From assembly GCA_964016885.1 (NCBI GenBank), contig OZ024747.1, positions 27,900,001 through 27,964,000 of the forward strand: 64,000 bases of DNA. Direction: 5' to 3'. A model generated the notes under the pieces. That model searched no databases, was not told where the DNA came from, and saw only the letters and a program-made list of their open reading frames with translations. The position numbers and the translations under genes are program-made. This document shows positions 36,501 to 51,500 of the stretch, one piece after another (positions within the stretch are counted from its first letter, which is position 1; each line of letters starts with the position of its first letter). The stretch is from Eledone cirrhosa (lineage: Eukaryota).

Positions 36501-39500
36501 AGTGTATAGTCAGGATATTGGTGTACTGGGGTGTTGTGGAGTGTATTGTCAGGATATTGGTGTACTGGGGTGTTGTGGAGTGTATAGTCAGGATATTGGT
36601 GTACTGGGGATGTTGTGGAGTGTATAGTAAGGATATTGGTGTACTGGGGATGTTGTGTGGTGTACAGTCAGGATATTGGTGTACTGGGGATGTTGTGTGG
36701 TGTACAGTCAGGATATTGGTGTACTGGGGTGTTGTGGAGTGTATAGTCAGGATGTTGGTGTACTGGGGTGTTGTGGGGTGTATAGTCAGGATATTGGTGG
36801 ACTGGGAATGTTGTGGAATGTATAGTCAGGATATTGGTGTACTGGGAATGTTGTGGAGTGTACAGTCAGGATATTGGTGTACTGGGGTGTTGTGGGGTGT
36901 ATAGTCAGGATATTGGTGGACTGGGAATGTTGTGGAGTGTATAGTCAGGATATTGGTGTACTGGGGTGTTGTGGGGTGTATAGTCAGGATATTGGTGTAC
37001 TGGGGTGTTGTGGGGTGTATAGTCAGGATATTGGTGTACTGGGGATGTTGTGGAGTGTATAGTCAGGATATTGGTGGACTGGGGATGTTGTGGAGTGTAT
37101 AGTTAGGATATTGGTGTACTGGGGATGTTGTGGAGTGTATAGTTAGGATATTGGTGTACTGGGGATGTTGTGGAGTGTATAGTCAGGATATTGGTGTACT
37201 GGGGATGTTGTGGGGTGTATAGTTAGGATATTGGTGTACTGGGGATGTTGTGGAGTGTATAGTCAGGATATTGGTGTACTGGGGATGTTGTGGAGTGTAT
37301 AGTTAGGATATTGGTGTACTGGGGATGTTGTGGAGTGTACAGTCAGGATATTGGTGTACTGGGGATGTTGTGGAGTGTATAGTCAGGATATTTGTGTACT
37401 GGGGATCTTGTGGAGTGTATAGTCAGGATATTGGTGTACTGGGGATGTTGTGGAGTGTACAGTCAGGATATTTGTGTACTGGGGATGTTGTGGAGTGTAT
37501 AGTCAGGATATTGGTGTACTGGGGTGTTGTGGAGTGTATAGTCAGGATATTGGTGTACTGGGGTGTTGTGGAGTGTATAGTCAGGATATTGGTGTACTGG
37601 GATATTGTGGGGTGTATAGTCAGGATATTTGTGTACTGGGGATGTTGTGGAGTGTATAGTCAGGATATTGGTGTACTGGGGATGTTGTGGAGTGTATAGT
37701 CAGGATATTGGTGTACTGGGATATTGTGGAGTGTATAGTCAGGATATTTGTGTACTGGGGATGTTGTGGAGTGTATAGTCAGGATATTGGTGTACTGGGG
37801 ATGTTGTGTGGTGTATAGTCAGGATATTGGTGTACTGGGGTGTTGTGGGGTGTATAGTCAGGATATTGGTGTACTGGGGATGTTGTGGAGTGTATAGTCA
37901 GGATATTGGTGTACTGGGGTGTTGTGGAGTGTATAGTCAGGATATTGGTGTACTGGGGTGTTGTGGGGTGTATAGTCAGGATATTGGTGTACTGGGGATG
38001 TTGTGGAGTGTATAGTCAGGATATTGGTGTACTGGGGATGTTGTGGAGTGTATAGTCAGGATATTGGTGTACTGGGGTGTTGTGGAGTGTATAGTCAGGA
38101 TATTGGTGTACTGGGGTGTTGTGTGGTGTATAGTCAGGATATTGGTGTACTGGGGTGTTGTGTGGTGTATAGTCAGGATATTGGTGTACTGGGGATGTTG
38201 TGTGGTGTATAGTCAGGATATTGGTGTACTGGGGATGTTGTGTGGGGTACAGTCAGGATATTGGTGTACTGGGGTGTTGTGGAGTGTATAGTCAGGATAT
38301 TGGTGTACTGGGGATGTTGTGGAGTGTATAGTCAGGATATTGGTGTACTGGGGTGTTGTGGAGTGTATTGTCAGGATATTGGTGTACTGGGGTGTTGTGG
38401 AGTGTATAGTCAGGATATTGGTGTACTGGGGATGTTGTGGAGTGTATAGTAAGGATATTGGTGTACTGGGGATGTTGTGTGGTGTACAGTCAGGATATTG
38501 GTGTACTGGGGATGTTGTGTGGTGTACAGTCAGGATATTGGTGTACTGGGGTGTTGTGGAGTGTATAGTCAGGATGTTGGTGTACTGGGGTGTTGTGGGG
38601 TGTATAGTCAGGATATTGGTGGACTGGGAATGTTGTGGAATGTATAGTCAGGATATTGGTGTACTGGGAATGTTGTGGAGTGTACAGTCAGGATATTGGT
38701 GTACTGGGGTGTTGTGGGGTGTATAGTCAGGATATTGGTGGACTGGGAATGTTGTGGAGTGTATAGTCAGGATATTGGTGTACTGGGGTGTTGTGGGGTG
38801 TATAGTCAGGATATTGGTGTACTGGGGTGTTGTGGGGTGTATAGTCAGGATATTGGTGTACTGGGGATGTTGTGGAGTGTATAGTCAGGATATTGGTGGA
38901 CTGGGGATGTTGTGGAGTGTATAGTTAGGATATTGGTGTACTGGGGATGTTGTGGAGTGTATAGTTAGGATATTGGTGTATTGGGGATGTTGTGGAGTGT
39001 ATAGTCAGGATATTGGTGTACTGGGGATGTTGTGGGGTGTATAGTTAGGATATTGGTGTACTGGGGATGTTGTGGAGTGTATAGTCAGGATATTGGTGTA
39101 CTGGGGATGTTGTGGAGTGTATAGTCAGGATATTTGTGTACTGGGGATGTTGTGGAGTGTATAGTCAGGATATTTGTGTACTGGGGTGTTGTGGAGTGTA
39201 TAGTCAGGATATTGGTGTACTGGGATATTGTGGGGTGTATAGTCAGGATATTTGTGTACTGGGGATGTTGTGGAGTGTATAGTCAGGATATTGGTGTACT
39301 GGGATGTTGTGGAGTGTATAGTCAGGATATTTGTGTACTGGGGATGTTGTGTGGTGTATAGTCAGGATACTGGTGTACTGGGGTGTTGTGGGGTGTATAG
39401 TCAGGATATTGGTGTACTGGGGATGTTGTGGAGTGTATAGTCAGGATATTGGTGTACTGGGGTGCTGTGGAGTGTATAGTCAGGATATTGGTGTACTGGG

Positions 39501-42500
39501 GATGTTGTGGAGTGTATAGTCAGGATATTGGTGTACTGGGGTGTTGTGTGGTGTATAGTCAGGATATTTGTGTACTGGGGATGTTGTGGAGTGTATAGTC
39601 AGGATATTGGTGTACTGGGGATGTTGTGGAGTGTATAGTCAGGATATTGGTGTACTGGGATATTGTGGAGTGTATAGTCAGGATATTTGTGTACTGGGGA
39701 TGTTGTGGAGTGTATAGTCAGGATATTGGTGTACTGGGGATGTTGTGGAGTGTATAGTCAGGATATTGGTGTACTGGGATATTGTGGAGTGTATAGTCAG
39801 GATATTGGTGTACTGGGGATGTTGTGGAGTGTATAGTCAGGATATTGGTGTACTGGGATGTTGTGGAGTGTATAGTCAGGATATTGGTGTACTGGGGATG
39901 TTGTGGAGTGTATAGTCAGGATATTGGTGTACTGGGATATTGTGGAGTGTATAGTCAGGATATTTGTGTACTGGGGATGTTGTGGAGTGTATAGTCAGGA
40001 TATTGGTGTACTGGGATGTTGTGGAGTGTATAGTCAGGATATTGGTGTATAGTCTGGATATTGGTGTACTGGGATGTTGTGTGGTGTATAGTCAGGATAT
40101 TGGTGTACTGGGGTGTTGTGGAGTGTATAGTCAGGATATTGGTGTGCTGGGGTGTTGTGGAGTGTATAGTCAGGATATTGGTGTACTGGGGATGTTGTGT
40201 GGTGTACAGTCAGGATATTGGTGTACTGGGGTGTTGTGGAGTGTATAGTCAGGATATTGGTGTACTGGGGATGGTGTGGAGTGTATAGTCAGGATATTGG
40301 TGTACTGGGGATGGTGTGGAGTGTATAGTCAGGATATTGGTGGACTGGGGATATTGTGGAGTGTATAGTCAGGATATTGGTGTACTGGGGATGTTGTGGA
40401 GTGTATAGTCAGGATATTGGTGTACTGGGGATGTTGTGGAGTGTATAGTCAGGATATTGGTGTACTGGGATGTTGTGGAGTGTATAGTCAGGATATTTGT
40501 GTACTGGGGATGTTGTGGAGTGTATAGTCAGGATATTGGTGTACTGGGGATGGTGTGGAGTGTATAGTCAGGATATTGGTGTACTGGGGATGTTGTGTGG
40601 TGTACAGTCAGGATATTGGTGTACTGGGGATGTTGTGTGGTGTACAGTCAGGATATTGGTGTACTGGGGTGTTGTGGAGTGTATAGTCAGGATATTGGTG
40701 TACTGGGGTGTTGTGGAGTGTATAGTCAGGATATTGGTGTACTGGGGTGTTGTGGAGTGTATAGTCAGGATATTGGTGTACTGGGGATGTTGTGTGGTGT
40801 ACAGTCAGGATATTGGTGTACTGGGGAAGCTGTGTGGTGTACAGTCAGGATATTGGTGTACTGGGGTGTTGTGTGGTGTACAGTCAGGATATTGGTGTAC
40901 TGGGGTGTTGTGTGGTGTACAGTCAGGATATTGGTGTACTGGGGATGTTGTGGAGTGTATAGTCAGGATATTGGTGTACTGGGAATATTGTGGGGTGTAT
41001 AATCAGGATATTGGTGTACTAGGGATGTTGTGTGGTGTATAGTCAGGATATTGGTGTACTGGGGTGTTGTGGAGTGTATAGTCAGGATATTGGTGTACTG
41101 GGGTGTTGTGGTGTGTATAGTCAGGATATTGGTGTACTGGGGTGTTGTGCGGCTGTATAGTCAGGATATTGGTGGACTGGGGATGTTGTGTGGTGTATAG
41201 TCAGGATATTGGTGTACTGGGGATGTTGTGTGGTGTATAGTCAGGATATTGGTGTACTGGGGTGTTGGGGGGTGTATAGTCAGGATATTGGTGTACTGGA
41301 GTGTTGTGGGATGTATAGTCAGGATATTGGTGTACTGGGGTGTTGTGGAGTGTATAGTCAGGATATTGGTGTACTGGGGTGTTGTGGAGTGTATTGTCAG
41401 GATATTGGTGTACTGGGGTGTTGTGGAGTGTATTGTCAGGATATTGGTGTACTGGGGATGTTGTGTGGTGTATAGTCAGGATATTGGTGTACTGGGATGT
41501 TGTGGAGTGTATAGTCAGGATATTGGTGTACTGGGGTGTTGTGGAGTGTATAGTCAGGATATTGGTGTACTGGGGTGTTGTGTGGTGTATAGTCAGGATA
41601 TTGGTGTACTGGGGTGTTGTGTGGTGTATAGTCAGGATATTGGTGTACTGGGGATGTTGTGTGGTGTACAGTCAGGATATTGGTGTACTGGGGTGTTGTG
41701 GAGTGTATATTCAGGATATTGGTGTACTGGGGATGTTGTGGAGTGTATAGTCAGGTTATTGGTGTACTGGGGTGTTGTGGAGTGTATTGTCAGGATATTG
41801 GTGTACTGGGGTGTTGTGGAGTGTATAGTCAGGATATTGGTGTACTGGGGATGTTGTGGAGTGTATAGTAAGGATATTGGTGTACTGGGGATGTTGTGTG
41901 GTGTACAGTCAGGATATTGGTGTACTGGGGATGTTGTGTGGTGTACAGTCAGGATATTGGTGTACTGGGGTGTTGTGGAGTGTATAGTCAGGATATTGGT
42001 GTACTGGGGTGTTGTGGGGTGTATAGTCAGGATATTGGTGGACTGGGAATTTTGTGGAGTGTATAGTCAGGATATTGGTGTACTGGGAATGTTGTGGAGT
42101 GTACAGTCAGGATATTGGTGTACTGGGGTGTTGTGGAGTGTATAGTCAGGATATTGGTGTACTGGGAATGTTGTGGAGTGTATAGTCAGGATATTGGTGT
42201 ACTGGGGATGTTGTGGAGTGTATAGTCAGGATATTGGTGTACTGGGGATGTTGTGGAGTGTACAGTCAGGATATTGGTGTACTGGGGATGTTGTGGAGTG
42301 TATAGTTAGGATATTGGTGTACTGGGGATGTTGTGGAGTGTACAGTCAGGATATTGGTGTACTGGGGATGTTGTGGAGTGTATAGTCAGGATATTTGTGT
42401 ACTGGGGATGTTGTGGAGTGTATAGTCAGGATATTGGTGTACTGGGGATGTTGTGGGGTGTATAGTCAGGATATTGGTGTACTGGGGATGTTGTGGGGTG

Positions 42501-45500
42501 TATAGTCAGGATATTGGTGTACTGGGGATGTTGTGGAGTGTATAGTCAGGATATTGGTGTACTGGGGATGTTGTGGGGTGTATAGTTAGGATATTGGTGT
42601 ACTGGGGATGTTGTGGAGTGTATAGTTAGGATATTGGTGTACTGGGGATGTTGTGGAGTGTATAGTCAGGATATTGGTGTACTGGGGATGTTGTGGAGTG
42701 TATAGTCAGGATATTTGTGTACTGGGGATGTTGTGGAGTGTATAGTCAGGATATTGGTGTACTGGGGTGTTGTGGAGTGTATAGTCAGGATATTGTGGAG
42801 TGTATAGTCAGGATATTTGTGTACTGGGGATGTTGTGGAGTGTATAGTCAGGATATTGGTGTACTGGGGTGTTGTGGAGTGTATAGTCAGGATATTGGTG
42901 TACTGGGATATTGTGGAGTGTATAGTCAGGATATTGGTGTACTGGGATGTTGTGGAGTGTATAGTCAGGATATTGGTGTACTGGGATGTTGTGGAGTGTA
43001 TAGTCAGGATATTGGTGTACTGGGATATTGTGGAGTGTATAGTCAGGATATTTGTGTACTGGGGATGTTGTGGAGTGTATAGTCAGGATATTGGTGTACT
43101 GGAATGTTGTGGAGTGTATAGTCAGGATATTGGTGTACTGAGGATGTTGTGGAGTGTATAGTTAGGATATTGGTGTACTGGGGATGTTGTGGAGTGTATA
43201 GTCAGGATATTGGTGTACTGGGATATTGTGGAGTGTATAGTCAGGATATTGGTGTACTGGGATGTTGTGGAGTGTATAGTCAGGATATTGGTGTACTGGG
43301 GATGTTGTGGAGTGTATAGTCAGGATATTGGTGTACTGGGATATTGTGGAGTGTATAGTCAGGATATTTGTGTACTGGGGATGTTGTGGAGTGTATAGTC
43401 AGGATATTGGTGTACTGGGATGTTGTGGAGTGTATAGTCAGGATATTGGTGTACTGGGGATGTTGTGGAGTGTATAGTCAGGATATTGGTGTACTGGGAT
43501 ATTGTGGAGTGTATAGTCTGGATATTTGTGTACTGGGGATGTTGTGGAGTGTATAGTCAGGATATTGGTGTACTGGGGATGTTGTGTGGTGTATAGTCAG
43601 GATATTGGTGTACTGGGGATGTTGTGTGGTGTATAGTCAGGATATTGGTGTACTGGGGTGTTGTGGGGTGTATAGTCAGGATATTGGTGTACTGGGGATG
43701 TTGTGGAGTGTATAGTCAGGATATTGGTGTACTGGGGATGTTGTTGAGTGTATAGTCAGGATATTGGTGTACTGGGGTGTTGTGGAGTGTATAGTCAGGA
43801 TATTGGTGTACTGGGGATGTTGTGGAGTGTATAGTCAGGATATTGGTGTACTGGGGTGTTGTGTGGTGTATAGTCAGGATATTTGTGTACTGGGGATGTT
43901 GTGGAGTGTATAGTCAGGATATTGGTGTACTGGGGATGTTGTGGAGTGTATAGTCAGGATATTGGTGTACTGGGATATTGTGGAGTGTATAGTCAGGATA
44001 TTGGTGTACTGGGATATTGTGGAGTGTATAGTCAGGATATTTGTGTACTGGGGATGTTGTGGAGTGTATAGTCAGGATATTGGTGTACTGGGATGTTGTG
44101 GAGTGTATAGTCAGGATATTGGTGTACTGGGGTGTTGTGGAGTGTATAGTCAGGATATTGGTGTACTGGGATGTTGTGGAGTGTATAGTCAGGATATTGG
44201 TGTACTGGGGATGTTGTGGAGTGTATAGTCAGGATATTGGTGTACTGGGATGTTGTGGAGTGTATAGTCAGGATATTGGTGTACTGGGATATTGTGGAGT
44301 GTATAGTCAGGATATTTGTGTACTGGGGATGTTGTGGAGTGTATAGTCAGGATATTGGTGTACTGGGATATTGTGGAGTGTATAGTCAGGATATTTGTGT
44401 ACTGGGGATGTTGTGGAGTGTATAGTCAGGATATTGGTGTACTGGGGATGTTGTGGAGTGTATAGTCAGGATATTGGTGTACTGGGATATTGTGGAGTGT
44501 ATAGTCAGGATATTGGTGTACTGGGGATGTTGTGGAGTGTATAGTCAGGATATTGGTGTACTGGGGATGTTGTGGAGTGTATAGTCAGGATATTGGTGTA
44601 CTGGGATGTTGTGGAGTGTATAGTCAGGATATTGGTGTACTGGGGATGTTGTGGAGTGTATAGTCAGGATATTGGTGTACTGGGGATGTTGTGGAGTGTA
44701 TAGTCAGGATATTGGTGTACTGGGATGTTGTGGAGTGTATAGTCAGGATATTTGTGTACTGGGGATGTTGTGGAGTGTATAGTCAGGATATTGGTGTACT
44801 GGGGATGGTGTGGAGTGTATAGTCAGGATATTGGTGTACTGGGGATGGTGTGGAGTGTATAGTCAGGATATTGGTGTACTGGGGATGGTGTGGAGTGTAT
44901 AGTCAGGATATTGGTGGACTGGGGATATTGTGGAGTGTATAGTCAGGATATTGGTGTACTGGGGATGTTGTGGAGTGTATAGTCAGGATATTGGTGTACT
45001 GGGATGTTGTGGAGTGTATAGTCAGGATATTGGTGTACTGGGGTGTTGTGGAGTGTATAGTCAGGATATTGGTGTACTGGGATGTTGTGGAGTGTATAGT
45101 CAGGATATTGGTGTACTGGGATGTTGTGGAGTGTATAGTCAGGATATTGGTGTACTGGGGATGTTGTGGAGTGTATAGTCAGGATATTGGTGTACTGGGG
45201 ATGTTGTGGAGTGTATAGTCAGGATATTGGTGTACTGGGATGTTGTGGAGTGTATAGTCAGGATATTGGTGTACTGGGGTGTTGTGGAGTGTATAGTCAG
45301 GATATTGGTGTACTGGGATATTGTGGAGTGTATAGTCAGGATATTGGTGGACTGGGGATATTGTGGAGTGTATAGTCAGGATATTGGTGTACTGGGGATA
45401 TTGTGGAGTGTATAGTCAGGATATTGGTGTACTGGGATGTTGTGGAGTGTATAGTCAGGATATTGGTGTACTGGGGATGTTGTGGAGTGTATAGTCAGGA

Positions 45501-48500
45501 TATTGGTGTACTGGGATGTTGTGGAGTGTATAGTCAGGATATTGGTGTACTGGGGATGTTGTGGAGTGTATAGTCAGGATATTGGTGTACTGGGATGTTG
45601 TGGAGTGTATAGTCAGGATATTTGTGTACTGGGGATGTTGTGGAGTGTATAGTCAGGATATTGGTGTACTGGGGATGTTGTGGAGTGTATAGTCAGGATA
45701 TTGGTGTACTGGGGATGTTGTGGAGTGTATAGTCAGGATATTGGTGTACTGGGGATGGTGTGGAGTGTATAGTCAGGATATTGGTGTACTGGGGTGTTGT
45801 GGAGTGTATAGTCAGGATATTGGTGTACTGGGGATGTTGTGGAGTGTATAGTCAGGATATTGGTGCATTGGGGTGTTGTGGGGTGTATAGTCAGGATATT
45901 GGTGCACTGGGGATGTTGTGGAGTGTATAGTCAGGATATTGGTGTACTGGGATATTGTGGAGTGTATAGTCAGGATATTTGTGTACTGGGGATGTTGTGG
46001 AGTGTATAGTCAGGATATTGGTGTACTGGGATGTTGTGGAGTGTATAGTCAGGATATTTGTGTACTGGGGATGTTGTGGAGTGTATAGTCAGGATATTGG
46101 TGTACTGGGGATGGTGTGGAGTGTATAGTCAGGATATTGGTGTACTGGGGATATTGTGGAGTGTATAGTCAGGATATTGGTGTACTGGGGTGTTGTGGAG
46201 TGTATAGTCAGGATATTGGTGTACTGGGGATGTTGTGGAGTGTATAGTCAGGATATTGGTGTACTGGGATGTTGTGGAGTGTATAGTCAGGATATTTGTG
46301 TACTGGGGATGTTGTGGAGTGTATAGTCAGGATATTGGTGTACTGGGATGTTGTGGAGTGTATAGTCAGGATATTTGTGTACTGGGGATGTTGTGGAGTG
46401 TATAGTCAGGATATTGGTGTACTGGGATGTTGTGGAGTGTATAGTCAGGATATTTGTGTACTGGGGATGTTGTGGAGTGTATAGTCAGGATATTGGTGTA
46501 CTGGGGATGGTGTGGAGTGTATAGTCAGGATATTGGTGTACTGGGGATGGTGTGGAGTGTATAGTCAGGATATTGGTGTACTGGGGTGTTGTGGAGTGTA
46601 TAGTCAGGATATTGGTGTACTGGGGATGTTGTGGAGTGTATAGTCAGGATATTGGGGTGTTGTGGGGTGTATAGTCAGGATATTGGTGTACTGGGGATGT
46701 TGTGTGGTGTATAGTCAGGATATTGGTGTACTGGGGTGTTGTGGAGTGTATTGTCAGGATATTGGTGTACTGGGGATATTGTGGAGTGTACAGTCAGGAT
46801 ATTGGTGTACTGGGGTGTTGTGTGGTGTATAGTCAGGATATTGGTGTACTGGGGTGTTGTGGAGTGTATTGTCAGGATATTGGTGTACTGGGGATATTGT
46901 GGAGTGTACAGTCAGGATATTGGTGTACTGGGGTGTTGTGTGGTGTATAGTCAGGATATTGGTGTACTGGGGATGTTGTGTGGTGTATAGTCAGGATATT
47001 GGTGTACTGGGGTGTTGTGGAGTGTATTGTCAGGATATTGGTGTACTGGGGATATTGTGGAGTGTACAGTCAGGATATTGGTGTACTGGGGTGTTGTGTG
47101 GTGTATAGTCAGGATATTGGTGTACTGGGGATGTTGTGGAGTGTATAGTCAGGATATTGGTGTACTGGGGATGTTGTGGAGTGTATAGTCAGGATATTGG
47201 TGTACTGGGGTGTTGTGTGGTGTATAGTCAGGATATTGGTGTACTGGGGATGTTGTGTGGTGTATAGTCAGGATATTGGTGTACTGGGGTGTTGTGGAGT
47301 GTATAGTCAGGATATTGGTGTACTGGGGTGTTGTGGAGTGTATAGTCAGGATATTGGTGGACTGGGGATGTTGTGTGGTGTATAGTCAGGATATTGGTGT
47401 ACTGGGGATGTTGTGGAGTGTATAGTCAGGATATTGGTGTACTGGGGATGTTGTGGAGTGTATAGTCAGGATATTGGTGTACTGGGGATGTTGTGGAGTG
47501 TATAGTCAGGATATTGGTGTACTGGGGATGTTGTGGAGTGTATAGTCAGGATATTTGTGTACTGGGGATGTTGTGGAGTGTATAGTCAGGATATTGGTGT
47601 ACTGGGGTGTTGTGGAGTGTATAGTCAGGATATTGGTGTACTGGGATATTGTGGAGTGTATAGTCAGGATATTGGTGTACTGGGATGTTGTGGAGTGTAT
47701 AGTCAGGATATTGGTGTACTGGGATGTTGTGGAGTGTATAGTCAGGATATTGGTGTACTGGGATATTGTGGAGTGTATAGTCAGGATATTTGTGTACTGG
47801 GGATGTTGTGGAGTGTATAGTCAGGATATTGGTGTACTGGAATGTTGTGGAGTGTATAGTCAGGATATTGGTGTACTGAGGATGTTGTGGAGTGTATAGT
47901 TAGGATATTGGTGTACTGGGGATGTTGTGGAGTGTATAGTCAGGATATTGGTGTACTGGGATATTGTGGAGTGTATAGTCAGGATATTGGTGTACTGGGA
48001 TGTTGTGGAGTGTATAGTCAGGATATTGGTGTACTGGGGATGTTGTGGAGTGTATAGTCAGGATATTGGTGTACTGGGATATTGTGGAGTGTATAGTCAG
48101 GATATTTGTGTACTGGGGATGTTGTGGAGTGTATAGTCAGGATATTGGTGTACTGGGATGTTGTGGAGTGTATAGTCAGGATATTGGTGTACTGGGGATG
48201 TTGTGGAGTGTATAGTCAGGATATTGGTGTACTGGGATATTGTGGAGTGTATAGTCTGGATATTTGTGTACTGGGGATGTTGTGGAGTGTATAGTCAGGA
48301 TATTGGTGTACTGGGGATGTTGTGTGGTGTATAGTCAGGATATTGGTGTACTGGGGATGTTGTGTGGTGTATAGTCAGGATATTGGTGTACTGGGGTGTT
48401 GTGGGGTGTATAGTCAGGATATTGGTGTACTGGGGATGTTGTGGAGTGTATAGTCAGGATATTGGTGTACTGGGGATGTTGTGGAGTGTATAGTCAGGAT

Positions 48501-51500
48501 ATTGGTGTACTGGGGTGTTGTGGAGTGTATAGTCAGGATATTGGTGTACTGGGGATGTTGTGGAGTGTATAGTCAGGATATTGGTGTACTGGGGTGTTGT
48601 GTGGTGTATAGTCAGGATATTTGTGTACTGGGGATGTTGTGGAGTGTATAGTCAGGATATTGGTGTACTGGGGATGTTGTGGAGTGTATAGTCAGGATAT
48701 TGGTGTACTGGGATATTGTGGAGTGTATAGTCAGGATATTGGTGTACTGGGATATTGTGGAGTGTATAGTCAGGATATTTGTGTACTGGGGATGTTGTGG
48801 AGTGTATAGTCAGGATATTGGTGTACTGGGATGTTGTGGAGTGTATAGTCAGGATATTGGTGTACTGGGGTGTTGTGGAGTGTATAGTCAGGATATTGGT
48901 GTACTGGGATGTTGTGGAGTGTATAGTCAGGATATTGGTGTACTGGGGATGTTGTGGAGTGTATAGTCAGGATATTGGTGTACTGGGATGTTGTGGAGTG
49001 TATAGTCAGGATATTGGTGTACTGGGATATTGTGGAGTGTATAGTCAGGATATTTGTGTACTGGGGATGTTGTGGAGTGTATAGTCAGGATATTGGTGTA
49101 CTGGGATATTGTGGAGTGTATAGTCAGGATATTTGTGTACTGGGGATGTTGTGGAGTGTATAGTCAGGATATTGGTGTACTGGGGATGTTGTGGAGTGTA
49201 TAGTCAGGATATTGGTGTACTGGGATATTGTGGAGTGTATAGTCAGGATATTGGTGTACTGGGGATGTTGTGGAGTGTATAGTCAGGATATTGGTGTACT
49301 GGGATGTTGTGGAGTGTATAGTCAGGATATTGGTGTACTGGGGATGTTGTGGAGTGTATAGTCAGGATATTGGTGTACTGGGGATGTTGTGGAGTGTATA
49401 GTCAGGATATTGGTGTACTGGGATGTTGTGGAGTGTATAGTCAGGATATTTGTGTACTGGGGATGTTGTGGAGTGTATAGTCAGGATATTGGTGTACTGG
49501 GGATGGTGTGGAGTGTATAGTCAGGATATTGGTGTACTGGGGATGGTGTGGAGTGTATAGTCAGGATATTGGTGTACTGGGGATGGTGTGGAGTGTATAG
49601 TCAGGATATTGGTGGACTGGGGATATTGTGGAGTGTATAGTCAGGATATTGGTGTACTGGGGATGTTGTGGAGTGTATAGTCAGGATATTGGTGTACTGG
49701 GGATGTTGTGGAGTGTATAGTCAGGATATTGGTGTACTGGGATGTTGTGGAGTGTATAGTCAGGATATTTGTGTACTGGGGATGTTGTGGAGTGTATAGT
49801 CAGGATATTGGTGTACTGGGGATGGTGTGGAGTGTATAGTCAGGATATTGGTGTACTGGGGATGTTGTGGAGTGTATAGTCAGGATATTGGTGTACTGGG
49901 GATGTTGTGGAGTGTATAGTCAGGATATTGGTGTACTGGGATGTTGTGGAGTGTATAGTCAGGATATTTGTGTACTGGGGATGTTGTGGAGTGTATAGTC
50001 AGGATATTGGTGTACTGGGGATGGTGTGGAGTGTATAGTCAGGATATTGGTGTACTGGGGATGGTGTGGAGTGTATAGTCAGGATATTGGTGGACTGGGG
50101 ATATTGTGGAGTGTATAGTCAGGATATTGGTGTACTGGGGATGTTGTGGAGTGTATAGTCAGGATATTGGTGTACTGGGGATGTTGTGGAGTGTATAGTC
50201 AGGATATTGGTGTACTGGGGATGTTGTGGAGTGTATAGTCAGGATATTGGTGTACTGGGGATGTTGTGGAGTGTATAGTCAGGATATTGGTGTACTGGGA
50301 TGTTGTGGAGTGTATAGTCAGGATATTGGTGTACTGGGGTGTTGTGGAGTGTATAGTCAGGATATTGGTGGACTGGGGATATTGTGGAGTGTATAGTCAG
50401 GATATTGGTGTACTGGGGATATTGTGGAGTGTACAGTCAGGATATTGGTGTACTGGGGTGTTGTGTGGTGTATAGTCAGGATATTGGTGTACTGGGGTGT
50501 TGTGGAGTGTATTGTCAGGATATTGGTGTACTGGGGATATTGTGGAGTGTACAGTCAGGATATTGGTGTACTGGGGTGTTGTGTGGTGTATAGTCAGGAT
50601 ATTGGTGTACTGGGGATGTTGTGTGGTGTATAGTCAGGATATTGGTGTACTGGGGTGTTGTGGAGTGTATTGTCAGGATATTGGTGTACTGGGGATATTG
50701 TGGAGTGTACAGTCAGGATATTGGTGTACTGGGGTGTTGTGTGGTGTATAGTCAGGATATTGGTGTACTGGGGATGTTGTGGAGTGTATAGTCAGGATAT
50801 TGGTGTACTGGGGATGTTGTGGAGTGTATAGTCAGGATATTGGTGTACTGGGGTGTTGTGTGGTGTATAGTCAGGATATTGGTGTACTGGGGATGTTGTG
50901 TGGTGTATAGTCAGGATATTGGTGTACTGGGGTGTTGTGGAGTGTATAGTCAGGATATTGGTGTACTGGGGTGTTGTGGAGTGTATAGTCAGGATATTGG
51001 TGGACTGGGGATGTTGTGTGGTGTATAGTCAGGATATTGGTGTACTGGGGATGTTGTGGAGTGTATAGTCAGGATATTGGTGTACTGGGGATGTTGTGGA
51101 GTGTATAGTCAGGATATTGGTGTACTGGGGATGTTGTGGAGTGTATAGTCAGGATATTGGTGTACTGGGGATGTTGTGGAGTGTATAGTCAGGATATTTG
51201 TGTACTGGGGATGTTGTGGAGTGTATAGTCAGGATATTGGTGTACTGGGGTGTTGTGGAGTGTATAGTCAGGATATTGGTGTACTGGGATATTGTGGAGT
51301 GTATAGTCAGGATATTGGTGTACTGGGATGTTGTGGAGTGTATAGTCAGGATATTGGTGTACTGGGATGTTGTGGAGTGTATAGTCAGGATATTGGTGTA
51401 CTGGGATATTGTGGAGTGTATAGTCAGGATATTTGTGTACTGGGGATGTTGTGGAGTGTATAGTCAGGATATTGGTGTACTGGAATGTTGTGGAGTGTAT